A DNA stretch of 61,488 nt, counting the filler, from Globobulimina sp. (lineage: Eukaryota), in the NCBI GenBank assembly GCA_003354225.1. It is 17 parts of 17 records of this genome, joined end to end, with 100 filler letters (N's around TTAATTAATTAA, not from the genome) between each part and the next. Parts side by side here need not be neighbours in the genome. Positions count along the whole stretch, not along the records: positions 1 to 3,528 come from PIVH01002577.1; positions 3,629 to 7,156 come from PIVH01002578.1; positions 7,257 to 10,784 come from PIVH01002579.1; positions 10,885 to 14,412 come from PIVH01002580.1; 13 more parts are not named here. The stretch is one strand, 5' to 3'. The position numbers and the translations under genes were made by a program. Under the pieces are notes generated by a model that saw only the letters and a list, made by a program, of their open reading frames with translations, searched no databases and had not been told where the DNA came from. Shown piece by piece: positions 1 to 11,696 of this stretch; the stretch's first letter is position 1, and the number at the start of each line of letters is the position of its first letter.

Positions 1-544
1 CATTATGTCATTATAACGTATAATTTGTGCTTTTTTCTATGTTTGGTGTTTGTATTTTTGTAATGTATATACAAAACATATATTTTTCATAAAATATATG
101 TACAGTTTGCATTCACTTTGCAAACCCAATGTAAATATACAAAAAATCGACCAGGCCGGTGGTTATCCATAGAACTCATCGTTTAAGTTTAGTCGATTCT
201 AAAAATATTTGTTTCCAAATATTTTTCCAATTAGAATTTTAGCTAACTGTTGTGCTTCTAAGTCTATACCCAAAAATCATATGCTTTAATTTAGTTTCAC
301 ACAACTAATGTTGTCAATATATAATTATCCTGATTTTTTATTGTATACAGAGTCGAAGTAAACAGCATACATCCAAACAATGTTATTTATACATAATTTG
401 ATATTTAACGGGCGCAAATGTTGCATATATTACGAGAAACTCATCACTTAAATCCACAACTCTGTTTTCAAAAACATGTAAGTAAATAAGCGTGACATTT
501 GATTGTTTGTCATTGTCGTTGTGTATCGGGGAAAATAATAACAA

Positions 545-1897
545 TTAAGAAACAGTTCTGTCAGTTGATATGTTTACTTTGTTCCAATCACATATCCATC
601 CTTTGGTACAAAACTTGACATTACCGACATCCCATTTCGATTTAATCATTACAGCTAACAGTTTATCTCCACTTTCGTCACAATCTGTGATACATTGGAC
701 AATAACACCAAATACAAATTGATCGAAAACCTTTACTTTATGTGTTTTGCATTTTTTATTAATTTGTAATCGCACATTATATCCAATAGAATATGCCAAT
801 ATTTTATCCTCTGAACTTGCATTTTTATTTAAAAACACCATAATATTTTGTTGTTGTTTATTATTAACAACAATCATAAAATTGTATTGTTTAAATGTAT
901 TTATATACCATTTAATATTAATATTTTTATCCAAATCTTTTAAACTGTTTCCGAAATAAATATTCCATTTAGAATCATTGATGAAAAAATGTAAAACATT
1001 AAATATTGACATTGACTCTATATTTGATATATATTTTGGTGTAACATTCCTCCTATTTTTGCGAATAAACCACTCATTTAAAATTAATTCAATTCTGCAA
1101 TGATTAATATCTCTCAAAATCAATGTTTGGATTGATTTATAAATACAAAATAACTGTATTACAACCAAAAAAATATAAGATATCCATGCCATTATTATAT
1201 TATCGGACATATATTCAATATATTTATATGCAATATATATCATTAATATTTTGCTGCATCGGTTTTGATTTCCTTCTTTGGCAGCAACATCACTGTAATT
1301 TTTTACGTTTGCTAAGTGATGCGATAAACCGGCCTTTGCGATGCCGCCTGGCACAGAACCCACTGTACTTAATATGGCCGACATTATTAACAACACTCCG
1401 TAATGCTCAGTATACAGTGCCGCTAATAATGTTAGAAAACCGCATATTGATGAAATCAGTGATGATTGAAACCAAAATATTTTCATATTTGCCCCATATA
1501 CTTTTGCTCCCAATGTTGAAATATATAAACCGAGCACGATTGTAATTAAATCCTTTATGGTCCATGTCAATAAAATATTTGATATCTTGACCGATGAATC
1601 GCCAACACCTAATCCTGTCAATGATGCCTGATTCATTACAATTCCTTTTAAATATCCACACAATTCTTGGATTGTGTCATAAAATTGAAATTGCATATAT
1701 TCCGATGTAACAGATCCCGGATATCCGATTGGTAATAACACTGCAGATAGCTTTTCAATAATTTTTGTTTTGATGCTATTTGTTGAGATTTGCCTGTTAT
1801 TCGTATCAAATGTATTGGTAATACATCCGTTTTCATTCAATGCATAGTATGAATGATTTTTGTAGCCTCCTGGAAGCTCAATGGTTTCTTGTAACAT
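545..1897 (-). CDS. RUS1/DUF647 (root UVB sensitive, C16orf58-like) family membrane protein
   Basis: 450-aa intronless ORF with the family motifs LLPxGYPxSVTxEYxxFQxYDxxQ, LxGLGVG and NYSDVAAKEGNQ; several hydrophobic helices. Confidence 0.88.
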   Translation of the reverse strand: MLQETIELPGGYKNHSYYALNENGCITNTFDTNNRQISTNSIKTKIIEKLSAVLLPIGYPGSVTSEYMQFQFYDTIQELCGYLKGIVMNQASLTGLGVGDSSVKISNILLTWTIKDLITIVLGLYISTLGAKVYGANMKIFWFQSSLISSICGFLTLLAALYTEHYGVLLIMSAILSTVGSVPGGIAKAGLSHHLANVKNYSDVAAKEGNQNRCSKILMIYIAYKYIEYMSDNIIMAWISYIFLVVIQLFCIYKSIQTLILRDINHCRIELILNEWFIRKNRRNVTPKYISNIESMSIFNVLHFFINDSKWNIYFGNSLKDLDKNINIKWYINTFKQYNFMIVVNNKQQQNIMVFLNKNASSEDKILAYSIGYNVRLQINKKCKTHKVKVFDQFVFGVIVQCITDCDESGDKLLAVMIKSKWDVGNVKFCTKGWICDWNKVNISTDRTVS

Positions 1898-1970
1898 TTA
1901 GAGACACAGTTTTTTTTTGACAGTACATTCTTTGCATTTTCTGCAAATCCTTTCTCCTTTGTGCCAAAGC

Positions 1971-3362
1971 ATGAATGTCACCAAACAAATATCAATATCG
2001 AGTGCAACGTGCACTGATAATGAAGAAGAAGATACAATGCCATCATGTCAATATTCATCAACACCAACTGATGAAAATGCAACATTATGTGATGTTATTT
2101 CAAATCTTGAGATATCACAAGTCAGTCAAATAAGTACCACGAAGAATAAAGTAGCTGTATGCCCAAAAGAAGAAAATAAATCAGTTATGTTTGTTTACTT
2201 TTTATTTTAAAAGTACATATTATATATAAACTATAATATCAATCTGTAGTATGGAGCCAAATCGACATCAAAAACATTTTATCTCCAACTGACCAACACA
2301 AACAAGTGCTTATCAGCGCGCGAAGAAGAAACAGAAACACTTTTATTAAACGGATACAAAAAAGACCGGTTTATATCTAAGACCCTTCAAGGAACCATAT
2401 TCGCCGCAAAGGTATTAGACAGTGATAATGAAATTGAATACGTTGCGATTAAGACCGCAAATATCAAACTGCATCAACAAGGAATAGCAATGAATGGTAA
2501 TGGGAGGAGATACAATGTAAAGGAAAATATAGCGAAGGAAGCGCATATAATGAAATTATTTATGGATAATGATCCACCAAATACATGTATTAAATATCAT
2601 AATTTTTTCATGGATTTGAATCAGTTCTATTTGGTGATTGAGAAAGGTGGAGAGTGTTTATTTGAATTCACTGTAAAATGTCACAAGCTAATAAAGGAAA
2701 ACAAGTTATCTTTAAAACAATGGATAAAATGCGCGCAATTTATATTTAACAAAATGACAAACTTTGTTGTGTGGCTACATAATAAAATGCATTGTGCGCA
2801 TTTGGACATCTCTCTAGAAAATGTAGTGGTTGCTAGTGACACATTTTTTGATGAAAAAAGCGGAGAAATAAAGAATTTGGACATAAGATTTATAGATTTT
2901 GGATTGACAGAATTATTTGATAAAGCCGACAATGCTGGATTTATTTGCAAGAAATTTGTTGGCAAAAATGCATATAAATCGCCACAAATTTTTGAAAGGA
3001 AAACATTTCATGCGAATAAAGCGGATATTTGGGCGTTGGGGGTTTCTCTGTTTATGATGGTATGTTAATGTATGTATATGATATGAGTTGTAGTTGTTGG
3101 ACTTATTTGTTTTTATATTTTAATAAAATAAAAATTAACACAGATTATTGGTGCGCCTCCGTACCAACATCCGAATGTATTTGACGCAGCATTTAGACTG
3201 ATAAAAAATGATAAAATTAAAGATTTGTTAAGAAATTGGAACCGATTACAATATGTTAATTCAGAGCTACTGGATTTATTATCGAAAATGTTATGTTATA
3301 ATGAAGCAGACCGCATTGATATTGATGGTGTTTGCAATCATTTGTGGTTAACAGACATTTAA
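1971..3362 (+). CDS. Ser/Thr protein kinase (CAMK-like, HLDISLEN type), 3 exons
   Basis: GT-AG introns 2184-2249 and 3060-3143 join the frames, giving KTLQGTIF, VAIK, HLDISLEN, IDFG, ADIWALGV, GAPPY and R..I..V..HLW; stop TAA at 3360-3362. Confidence 0.9.
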
Positions 3363-3528
3363 TAAAAATAATCAAGAAATAATGTTTGAAATACAAGTCT
3401 CTATCAAATACAGCGTCTGTAATCATTTAATATCTGAACATTGGATCAGGAAAATGATGCATGCCTAGTTGTTAATGATGACATTTTGTAAATTCAGCAA
3501 TTTAATAATATCCAACATAAAGCAAACT

Positions 3529-3628
3529 NNNNNNNNNNNNNNNNNNNNNNNNNNNNNNNNNNNNNNNNNNNNTTAATTAATTAANNNNNNNNNNNNNNNN
3601 NNNNNNNNNNNNNNNNNNNNNNNNNNNN
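3529..3628. other. Artificial contig spacer (N44-TTAATTAATTAA-N44), first of 16
   Basis: Identical 100-nt blocks start at 3529, 7157, 10785, 14413, 18036, 21659, 25281, 28903, 32525, 36147, 39768, 43389, 47010, 50631, 54251 and 57870; the linker puts stops in all six frames. Confidence 0.99.
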
Positions 3629-3872
3629 TAAGATAAGGTTTTGTTGGAGAACGGATTAACATGTTTCTATCCTTGCACTAGTTCTGCATATTTGTACATA
3701 TTTTTGTTTCTTGCAAACATAAAAATTGAAGGTAGCCAATGAAAAAATAAAATCAAAATAAATTATATAAACATCGGGATGGATTTTATTCAATTCTGAA
3801 TTCTGAAATATAAAACACTCTGATTAAATCATGTGTAAACAAACACAGTCAGTCTTTAACAAAATATCAAAA

Positions 3873-5645
3873 TCAAATATCATTATTTATAATAATAATT
3901 TCCCTATCTTTCCATTTCTGAATTATTTCCTTTAATGTCCTATTTTCAATGATATGCTCCAATCCAATCTGCTTTTGCGTGAATGGATCCTTTGGCTCTT
4001 CATTCAATTCAATCCATTTCGTAATGGCACTCCTCTGATACGAGTGTCCTGACACAGATATACACACCGGGTCACTCATTACCTCATTCGTGATTGGACA
4101 ACAAAAATGCTCAATTTCTTCACCAAATATTCTCTCACAAAATCTCTCATTTCTCTCTGTCTTTTCATTTTTGGTTTGCTTTTGTTTGTGTTTTGAATCT
4201 TTTTTACTCTTCGAACATTGCTTATATGTGTCTCTCTTTTTTTTATTTTTATATTTACACTTTGTATTGCGTTTATTTGCTTTGATCAATTGTGAGATAT
4301 GCCCAAACAATGCTTTTTTATCGTCGATGTTTTGAATCCCAAACCGATAAATGTCACTCTTCGTCAATCCATCGATATGTCTGCCACAGATTTGCTCAAT
4401 ATTGAATGTCTCAAACAACACTGTTTCGTAAGTGCGAAACCGACCATTTTCTAATCCCATAATCCATTCAATAAAATCTTGCGCAGTCCAGAATGAGTAA
4501 TGCATAAATCCTTTGATTTTCTGCAATTCCTTAGCTTTCGAGTGTAACTCCATTTTTAATGAATTATTCTCCGTTTTCAAACGTGTATTTTCCACACAAA
4601 ATTCACTCATTTTCTGTTTGATTTGCATATCGCAGTGTTGATACACAAATGCATTCTCTTCGCATAATTCATTGATTCGCATTTCATAATTTGTGATTTG
4701 TTTTCGGAATTGTTTATTCATATTTTGTATCTCTTCCTTTTCGCTCATTAAATCAGACAATTGTGTCTGCCATGATTTGTGTGTCATTTTCAATGAATAA
4801 TAATCGAATAACAGAGAGGACATAATATATTCATAGGACATATGACACATTAATAGCAATAATACATAAGTCCCATTCAACCATTCATTGATTTGCGAAA
4901 TATATTTATTTGAAATGAATTTCTGAATTTTTATAATTAATTTATACCAATCGATATTGTCCAAAGTACGCATTACAATCCATTTTTTAATTTTATTTGT
5001 GCATTTCATAAATAATTGAACCAAATATGTATTATAAATCCATTGTTTGACTGACGTAATTATACATTTATTAAACGAAAACATTTTCCATTTTTTTATG
5101 AATTTTCTCTTAAATTTCTTTAAATCTTTCAAAATTGAATGAGAGTATATTACAGCAATGAATATGAGTATTATAATATATATTGCATACAATACTGTGA
5201 ATGATTGATTGCTATTATTGTTCGAATTCAGTTTACACTTTTTCAATGATTGTTTGTATGCTTTGAGTGTTTGTGATTCCGATAACAAATCCGATTGCAA
5301 TTCACCAATTTGAGAGTCATATTCAAGGTTTTGCTCGAAACAAAAGACAAATGAATGTGAGGTGCTATTGAGTGCAGTGTGGCACAGGTCCAGTTCGTAT
5401 GCATATTCTTCTGATATTTCCTCGCTGTGATGGTTGTCATATTTGATTTGGTAATTAAGAAATACAAATGAAATGGGGCTTAACTATGTCAGATTCTTCA
5501 TCGCAGAATAAACGGACGGTGAGATACAATACGGTTCTTCGTATTCTGTTTGGCATTCTTGTTCACACTCTTCAGATTCATATAATGTGCGGGCATCCGC
5601 ATCGCTCAAAAAATCGTCAAAGTATGAAAACGCTTCGGTTGACAT
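3873..5645 (-). CDS. Membrane-anchored coiled-coil / SAM-like / U-box E3 ligase
   Basis: C-terminal U-box (HFCCPITNEVMSDPV..SGHSYQRSAITKWI..DPFT..NRTLKEII), SAM-like WTAQDFIEWI..FGIQNIDDK and N-terminal hydrophobic helix. An in-frame ATG lies at 5645 with a probable intron around 5425-5533; the 5' structure is less certain. Confidence 0.8.
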
Positions 5646-5836
5646 GGTCTCTCAGTTTACTAATACTAAAACTTGCAAATTATAAATATAGCTTGTCCAA
5701 GTATAAATATCGGATTATGTATTGAAATCCATGCAGCTGATATAGAGAACAGTTTGTATTTGAATTCGCATTGATATTATTATTTAGTCAACGCTTGGTT
5801 TATGTTTGACGCCCAAAGGACAGCAGTCAAGTTCGA

Positions 5837-6075
5837 TTATTTTCGGCAAATAGCGATGCGGAAATTTTTCATTCATTTTTCCGATGGTCTTTGGTGCGGC
5901 ACTCGGACACGGCAATAATCTCTTTGCGCTATAATTTGATCAATTCATATCTGTTTAGATGACAGCCATCACAAAAATGACTATTTCCCCAACATATATA
6001 TAACCATTTCCCAACATTGCAACAAAATCTACATTTCCATAGTATATATTCATTGCCGTGTTCATGGCAGTGTGA
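5837..6075 (-). pseudogene. Fragment resembling the MYCBP2/Highwire C-terminal tandem-cysteine region
   Basis: HGNEYILWKCRFCCNVGKWLYICWGNSHFCDGCH resembles HGxxxxxYKCRYCCSVAxFFCFGTTHFCxxCH, followed by a stop (5929-5931); no credible start. Confidence 0.55.
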
Positions 6076-6402
6076 GTCCTTATGTCTTACTTTAATTATA
6101 CATTCATAGGATATACATAGGTTGACACTCAAATGACTCAATTAAATGCTAAACAAATGATGTTTTTAGAGCAGTATACAATATCAATAGCTAAAAAATA
6201 AAATGTAGTATTACATTATGGTTTATGGTATACAGGTAAATTGTACAAACTTTGTTTCAAATTCACTACAATTGGCAAACCCACGTCTACTAATATACAA
6301 ATTAAATAAGACTGTATACACAAATTCAGACTTTAATTGTATACTGGAGATAGCGGACAGCTATACACCCGCATTAAAACAACGCGCCATATGAACAAAT
6401 TG

Positions 6403-7156
6403 TTAGTATTGCTTTCTGAAATATGCTTTCATTTTGGAAAGAACCCCTTTATCCCTATCATATGGCTCCATCGATATTATAAATACTTGATCCGTATTAT
6501 ATACTACACATTCTGCGTCGGCATGTCCTGAACCAGTTGGTGCATAAACTGAATCATATTGCATAGATTGCAATTTATCAAAAGTAAATTTTCCAGATTT
6601 GCTATTCTTTGCAATATATGCATTGCCAACAAATACTCTCGCTTTGATCAAATATCCATGATGCTTTGCTTTATGTTTTGCAGCTTTTATCGTTTCTGCA
6701 AAATATATCCCAGCTCCAAACATTGCATCATCCGCACCACATTTCATTTCATTGTTATTTCTAAATATTGAATATGCATAATCTTTATTCGTAACATGAT
6801 ACAGTGTTTTCATAATATTCCCAAATACCATTCTCGATAATGCTGTTGGTCCACGCCAACACATCGCTTTTTTATGTACAAACATTGCTTCATCGCTTTC
6901 ACAAATATCCTCATCATCGTCATCCGACTCGATTCCATCGCTATCATTATTCTCATGGCGCTCGCTACAATCACTACAATCACTACAATAATATGTTTCA
7001 AACTGACAATAACTTCCATCATCATCATCACTCTCTGCATCTGTATCTATAGCATCACAAAATGGATCAAAATCGTCTTCACTTTCTTTCCAATCATTTT
7101 CCAAATCATTATCGGAATATACTTTATCATCGCCTCCAAATACAATGCTCTTCCAT
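6403..7156 (-). CDS. PARP catalytic-like (Gig2-like) ADP-ribosyltransferase with acidic N-terminal region; probably 5'-truncated
   Basis: H-Y-E type motifs LYHVT, MFGAGIYFA, YDSVY and AECVVY; D/E-rich N-terminus; the frame is open to the contig end. Confidence 0.82.
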
Positions 7157-7256
7157 NNNNNNNNNNNNNNNNNNNNNNNNNNNNNNNNNNNNNNNNNNNN
7201 TTAATTAATTAANNNNNNNNNNNNNNNNNNNNNNNNNNNNNNNNNNNNNNNNNNNN

Positions 7257-10200
7257 GGCTTAATACAATGCGGCGCCTGGGGCTGTTTTGATGAATTCAA
7301 TCGTTTAAAAGAAGACCAATTATCTGCCATTTCACAACAAATACAAATCATTCAACATGGATTAAGAAATAAATCTAAACATATTTTATTATTAAATAAA
7401 GATATAAAATTAAATCAAAATTCTGGCATTTTTGTCACTATGAATCCGGCATCAAAGGAATACGGCGGAAGGTCAAAATTGCCGGATAATCTAAAACAAT
7501 TATTCAGATCTGTTGCAATGACAAAACCGGATTCAAAATTAATTGCACAAACCTTACTTTATGCGGAAGGGTTTAAATTTGCTAAAATATGGGGACATAA
7601 ACTAACTGAATTATATACATTATCCAAGCAATTATTATCACCGCAACGCCACTATGATTGGGGGCTACGAGCTCTTAAATCCGTATTAAATTCAAGTGGA
7701 AGTTCATTGAGAGAAATTAAAAAATCGCAAGCTCAAAATGTAATGACACAGCAGTTTGAAATGTCACTGTTGTTAAAGTCGCTGCGAATCAATACACTCT
7801 CAAAGCTGACATATAAAGATTCGCAAACTTTTGCAGGTTTAATCAATGATGTATTTGCCGATAAAAACATGGAGAATGAAGCAAAGGTTGAAGAGAGTTT
7901 TGAATTTAAACTGGAACAACAAATAAAGCTTGAATTGGATAAATTGAATTTAACATTTGTTCATAATCAGTGTAAGAAAATAATTCAATTAAATGAAGCG
8001 TTGGCGCAAAGAATGGGAGTCGTTATTGTTGGGCCAGCACAATGTGGCAAATCAACATTATGTGAGATATTATATAAATCGTTGAGTGGTTTGGGTAAAA
8101 AAATTGAAATTCATGTAATGAATCCAAAAGCGTGCGATCGTGAGCAATTATTAGGATTTATGGATATTGATACCAGAGAATGGTTTGACGGAATATTAAC
8201 TCGTTCAGCAAGACATTCCATATCCAATGCATCAGATATTACAACGTGGATTATCTGTGATGGTGATATTGATCCGGAATGGATCGAATCTTTGAATTCT
8301 GTGCTCGACGATAATCATTTGTTATCTCTACCAAATGGTGAACGTATCCAGTTTGGGGATAATATTAATTTTATTTTTGAAACGCATGATTTGTCATTTG
8401 CTTCACCTGCGACTATCTCTAGAATGGGAATGATATATTTGTCTCAGCAAGACATCCAATTGAACACTTTTATTGATTCCTGGATCATAAAAAATTGTCC
8501 AAATCACTGTAAAGATGTAATGCAAAGTTGGATGAATGATATTTTTATGAAAAGTGTGGAATGGATTGATAAAAATATTATAAATAATTCAAACATTTCA
8601 TCGAAATTATCCGTCATTGTGCCAACGAGCATAATCGGTATGGTATCCAATGGTTTATCACAAATGATTGGCGTTACAGATAATAAACATGACTTTTTAG
8701 TGCGTTGTATTTATGGATTAAGCTCCAATTTGCCCATAAAGATTGCGGATAAAATTGCATTAAAAGTTGCTAAATTGTGTGGTATCAACTTGCCGTCAGA
8801 TAATCCATCATTGATTTATTGGAATCAACGCAATGATACAATTGCATCCTTTGCCAATGAGTGTAATATAGATTCTGAGATTTGGAAAACTGAAACGTTT
8901 TCTATTAAAACGTTACCAATAATAAAGTTAAAAAATATTTTTGTATATATATATCCTATTTACTCTTTCAAACAAACACAAATTTTGATTTTGCACTGAA
9001 AAATAGAACACGTAATGTTTGTAAAAATTTGCATGTAATGCGACAATGGTTAGATAATAAATACCCGTTCGCTTTGGTTGGTTCTGAAGGATGTGGCAAG
9101 AGCATGTTGATAAAGGAAGCATTCACAGTGTATATAGCAGAGCGAGGGAAACAAAATAAAAATGTGAATATCGCATCCATTCATTGCAACGGTTACACAA
9201 AAGCAAGTCATGTCATTTCAAAGCTGTCTCAGAGTTGTTCGAGTTTTCACTCAAACAATGGCAAAGTTTTGCGTCCAAACGGATGCGATACGTTAATATT
9301 ATATTTGAAAGATATTAATTTATCAAAACCTGATAATTATAATACGTCGCAAATTGTTGAGTTGCTACAACAATTTATTACTTATAAAGTTTAGTGCACG
9401 AAATGAATGAATTGTTATCCTATGACGCTAGCTTGAAATAAATAGGGTTTTTATGACGCGAATTTGGATTTTGTGCATTTGGAACATATTCAATTTGTAT
9501 TTAGTATGAATCATATCGATACATTTGGAACGCATGCGTTAAGCAACAGATTTACTGCTCGTATCGGTATGATATCGATTGAAGAAGCAACAAAGGAGGA
9601 ATTAAATATAATTTATTCCAATTATGCAGGTATAATATCATCCGTATCGCAATTGAATGCAACACAAACTAAACTGTTACAAACTGCTTCCTCTGCTATG
9701 ATTGATATTTATTATGAAATAAAAACAACATTTCGTAGAGACGAACATAGACATTTTATTCTCACATTACGTGATTTAACTCAATGGATCTTTGGTTTGA
9801 TGCGTTATTCGCTAAATTCTGTTGGTATTATTAGAGTGTGGTATAATGAATGTATCCGCTTATTTTACGATCGAATGCCAAATACAAATACAAAGCAAAA
9901 ATTGCAAAATATCCTCACCTCTGTAATGAATAAATATAAATTACAGTTTACAGCACCAAAAGAAACCACTTTATACTGTACCTTTGTCAGTGATGTAGAC
10001 TCTGAGAATGATGACATAAAACAACCAGACGAACATCAAAAATGTATAAAACAAATGGGATTACCGTTTACCTCTATTTCTTTGCATGATTTCCAAAGTG
10101 TGATAGCTGCGAAAATACGATTATATGAGAAAGAATACAATGAATTGCATTTAATTTTATTTGAAGAATTTCTACAACATTTGCAGAAAATAGATCGTAT

Positions 10201-10784
10201 TATAACTCATGGATACTTTCATAACATGCTATTGATCGGAAACAGTGGCATTGGCAGAAAAATAATCGTCAAATTATTATGCTATATCCATCGCATTGAA
10301 TGCAAAATATTGAAAGTGTCGCAAGAATATTGCGGCCAAAACCAATTTGCAAACACATTAAAAAACATTCTTAAAAGTACGGGCGTCGACGGAAAGAAAG
10401 TACTGTTATACATTGAAGATTGTCAATTGATCGATAATGCAATGTTGCAGTATTTAAATGAGTTAGTAAGCACTGGCGATGTTATTGGCTTATTCGAAGA
10501 CAAGGAGTTGGATAATGTATTGACTCCAATTAAAGAAGAATACAAACAAAATGGTATCAATAAATACAAATCAATTTATGACTATTTTATATCGCGAGTG
10601 GTGGCGCATTTATACATTGTTTTAAGTGTAGATCCTAAAAATAAAACATTTGTATCGATTTGCGAAACCAATCCGAGCTTAATCACAAATTGTAATGTCA
10701 TTTGGATGGGCAATCAATGGCGGAATGAGAGTATGATAAAATACGCACACTCCCAATTACAACCAATTTTAAATCATTGTGCAG
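7257..10784 (+). CDS. DYNC2H1: Cytoplasmic dynein-2 (IFT retrograde) heavy chain, AAA1-AAA4 fragment
   Basis: GAWGCFDEFNRL, MNPASKEYGGRSKLPDNLKQLFR, HYDWGLRALK, GPAQCGKS, DGDIDPEWIESLNSVLDDN, GSEGCGKS, QQFITYKGFYD, GNSGIGRK; introns 8927-9006 and 9389-9445 restore the frame. Confidence 0.9.
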
Positions 10785-11696
10785 NNNNNNNNNNNNNNNN
10801 NNNNNNNNNNNNNNNNNNNNNNNNNNNNTTAATTAATTAANNNNNNNNNNNNNNNNNNNNNNNNNNNNNNNNNNNNNNNNNNNNACGGTAATGCAGCCAC
10901 TATTTATTAATATTTTAGCTGCACAGAATCAAAACTTTTCGTTTTATGCATACAAATAGACGGAGATTTTATATGTAAATAACCGTAATACAATACCTTA
11001 ACAGACTAAACGAATAAATACTGAATTATGTCACCGTATTTATATCGTTGCTGAGACCAATGAAATGGCACTGAATTAGTGATTTTACTTTCTTTTCACT
11101 TAAATGCACTTTGTCTAATATATAATGTGATGAGACACCACCTGATTCCAACCATGATGTTAGATCAGCCATAGTTTTACCAGCCGACGAAACATATCAA
11201 TAAGATCGTTGTAAAACAGGTTGAATATCGTCATCTCTATTTCCTTCCGCCAATCCCGATGCATCACACTGATCACAGTCTGAGATTGAACTGTATTTGA
11301 ACAGCATTTTCGAATTTCAAGCAAATATTGCGTACAAATGATCCATATGCTCACTCTTCGTTTACATCGTGGACAATTATAATATCGTTTGGTGTTTGTC
11401 ACGACATCTGATACAGTTAATACTACTCCCGTATTTTAAAATTATTGTTAAAGAAAAAAAGAGAAATACTAGGTTTTCACAGTTGCAGCTTACTCTAAAT
11501 TATTAATAGTAAAAACATTTTCGGATATATTTAGAAATCGTTAATAAGAAATAGTTCCTAAATATATAGGGCAGTATTAGTTTATAATTATATGATATAA
11601 TTTATATATTAAAGTAACAATCACAAAAAAAATAATAAATGTACGCAGTATAATAGATACGCATTGCCGCAAAAAAAAAGTGTAGAAAACAATCCT

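Noticed and set aside
3573..3584. TTAATTAATTAA recurring every ~3.6 kb as a possible repeat array or CRISPR
   Set aside because: Always centred in N runs of fixed length; it is a synthetic six-frame-stop linker
8927..9445. Dynein split into three ORFs, suggesting frameshifts or a pseudogene
   Set aside because: Two canonical introns restore a continuous conserved frame
11160..11402. 80-aa ORF with CPRC as a possible zinc-ribbon gene
   Set aside because: GTG start, short, and no recognisable family; cannot be supported
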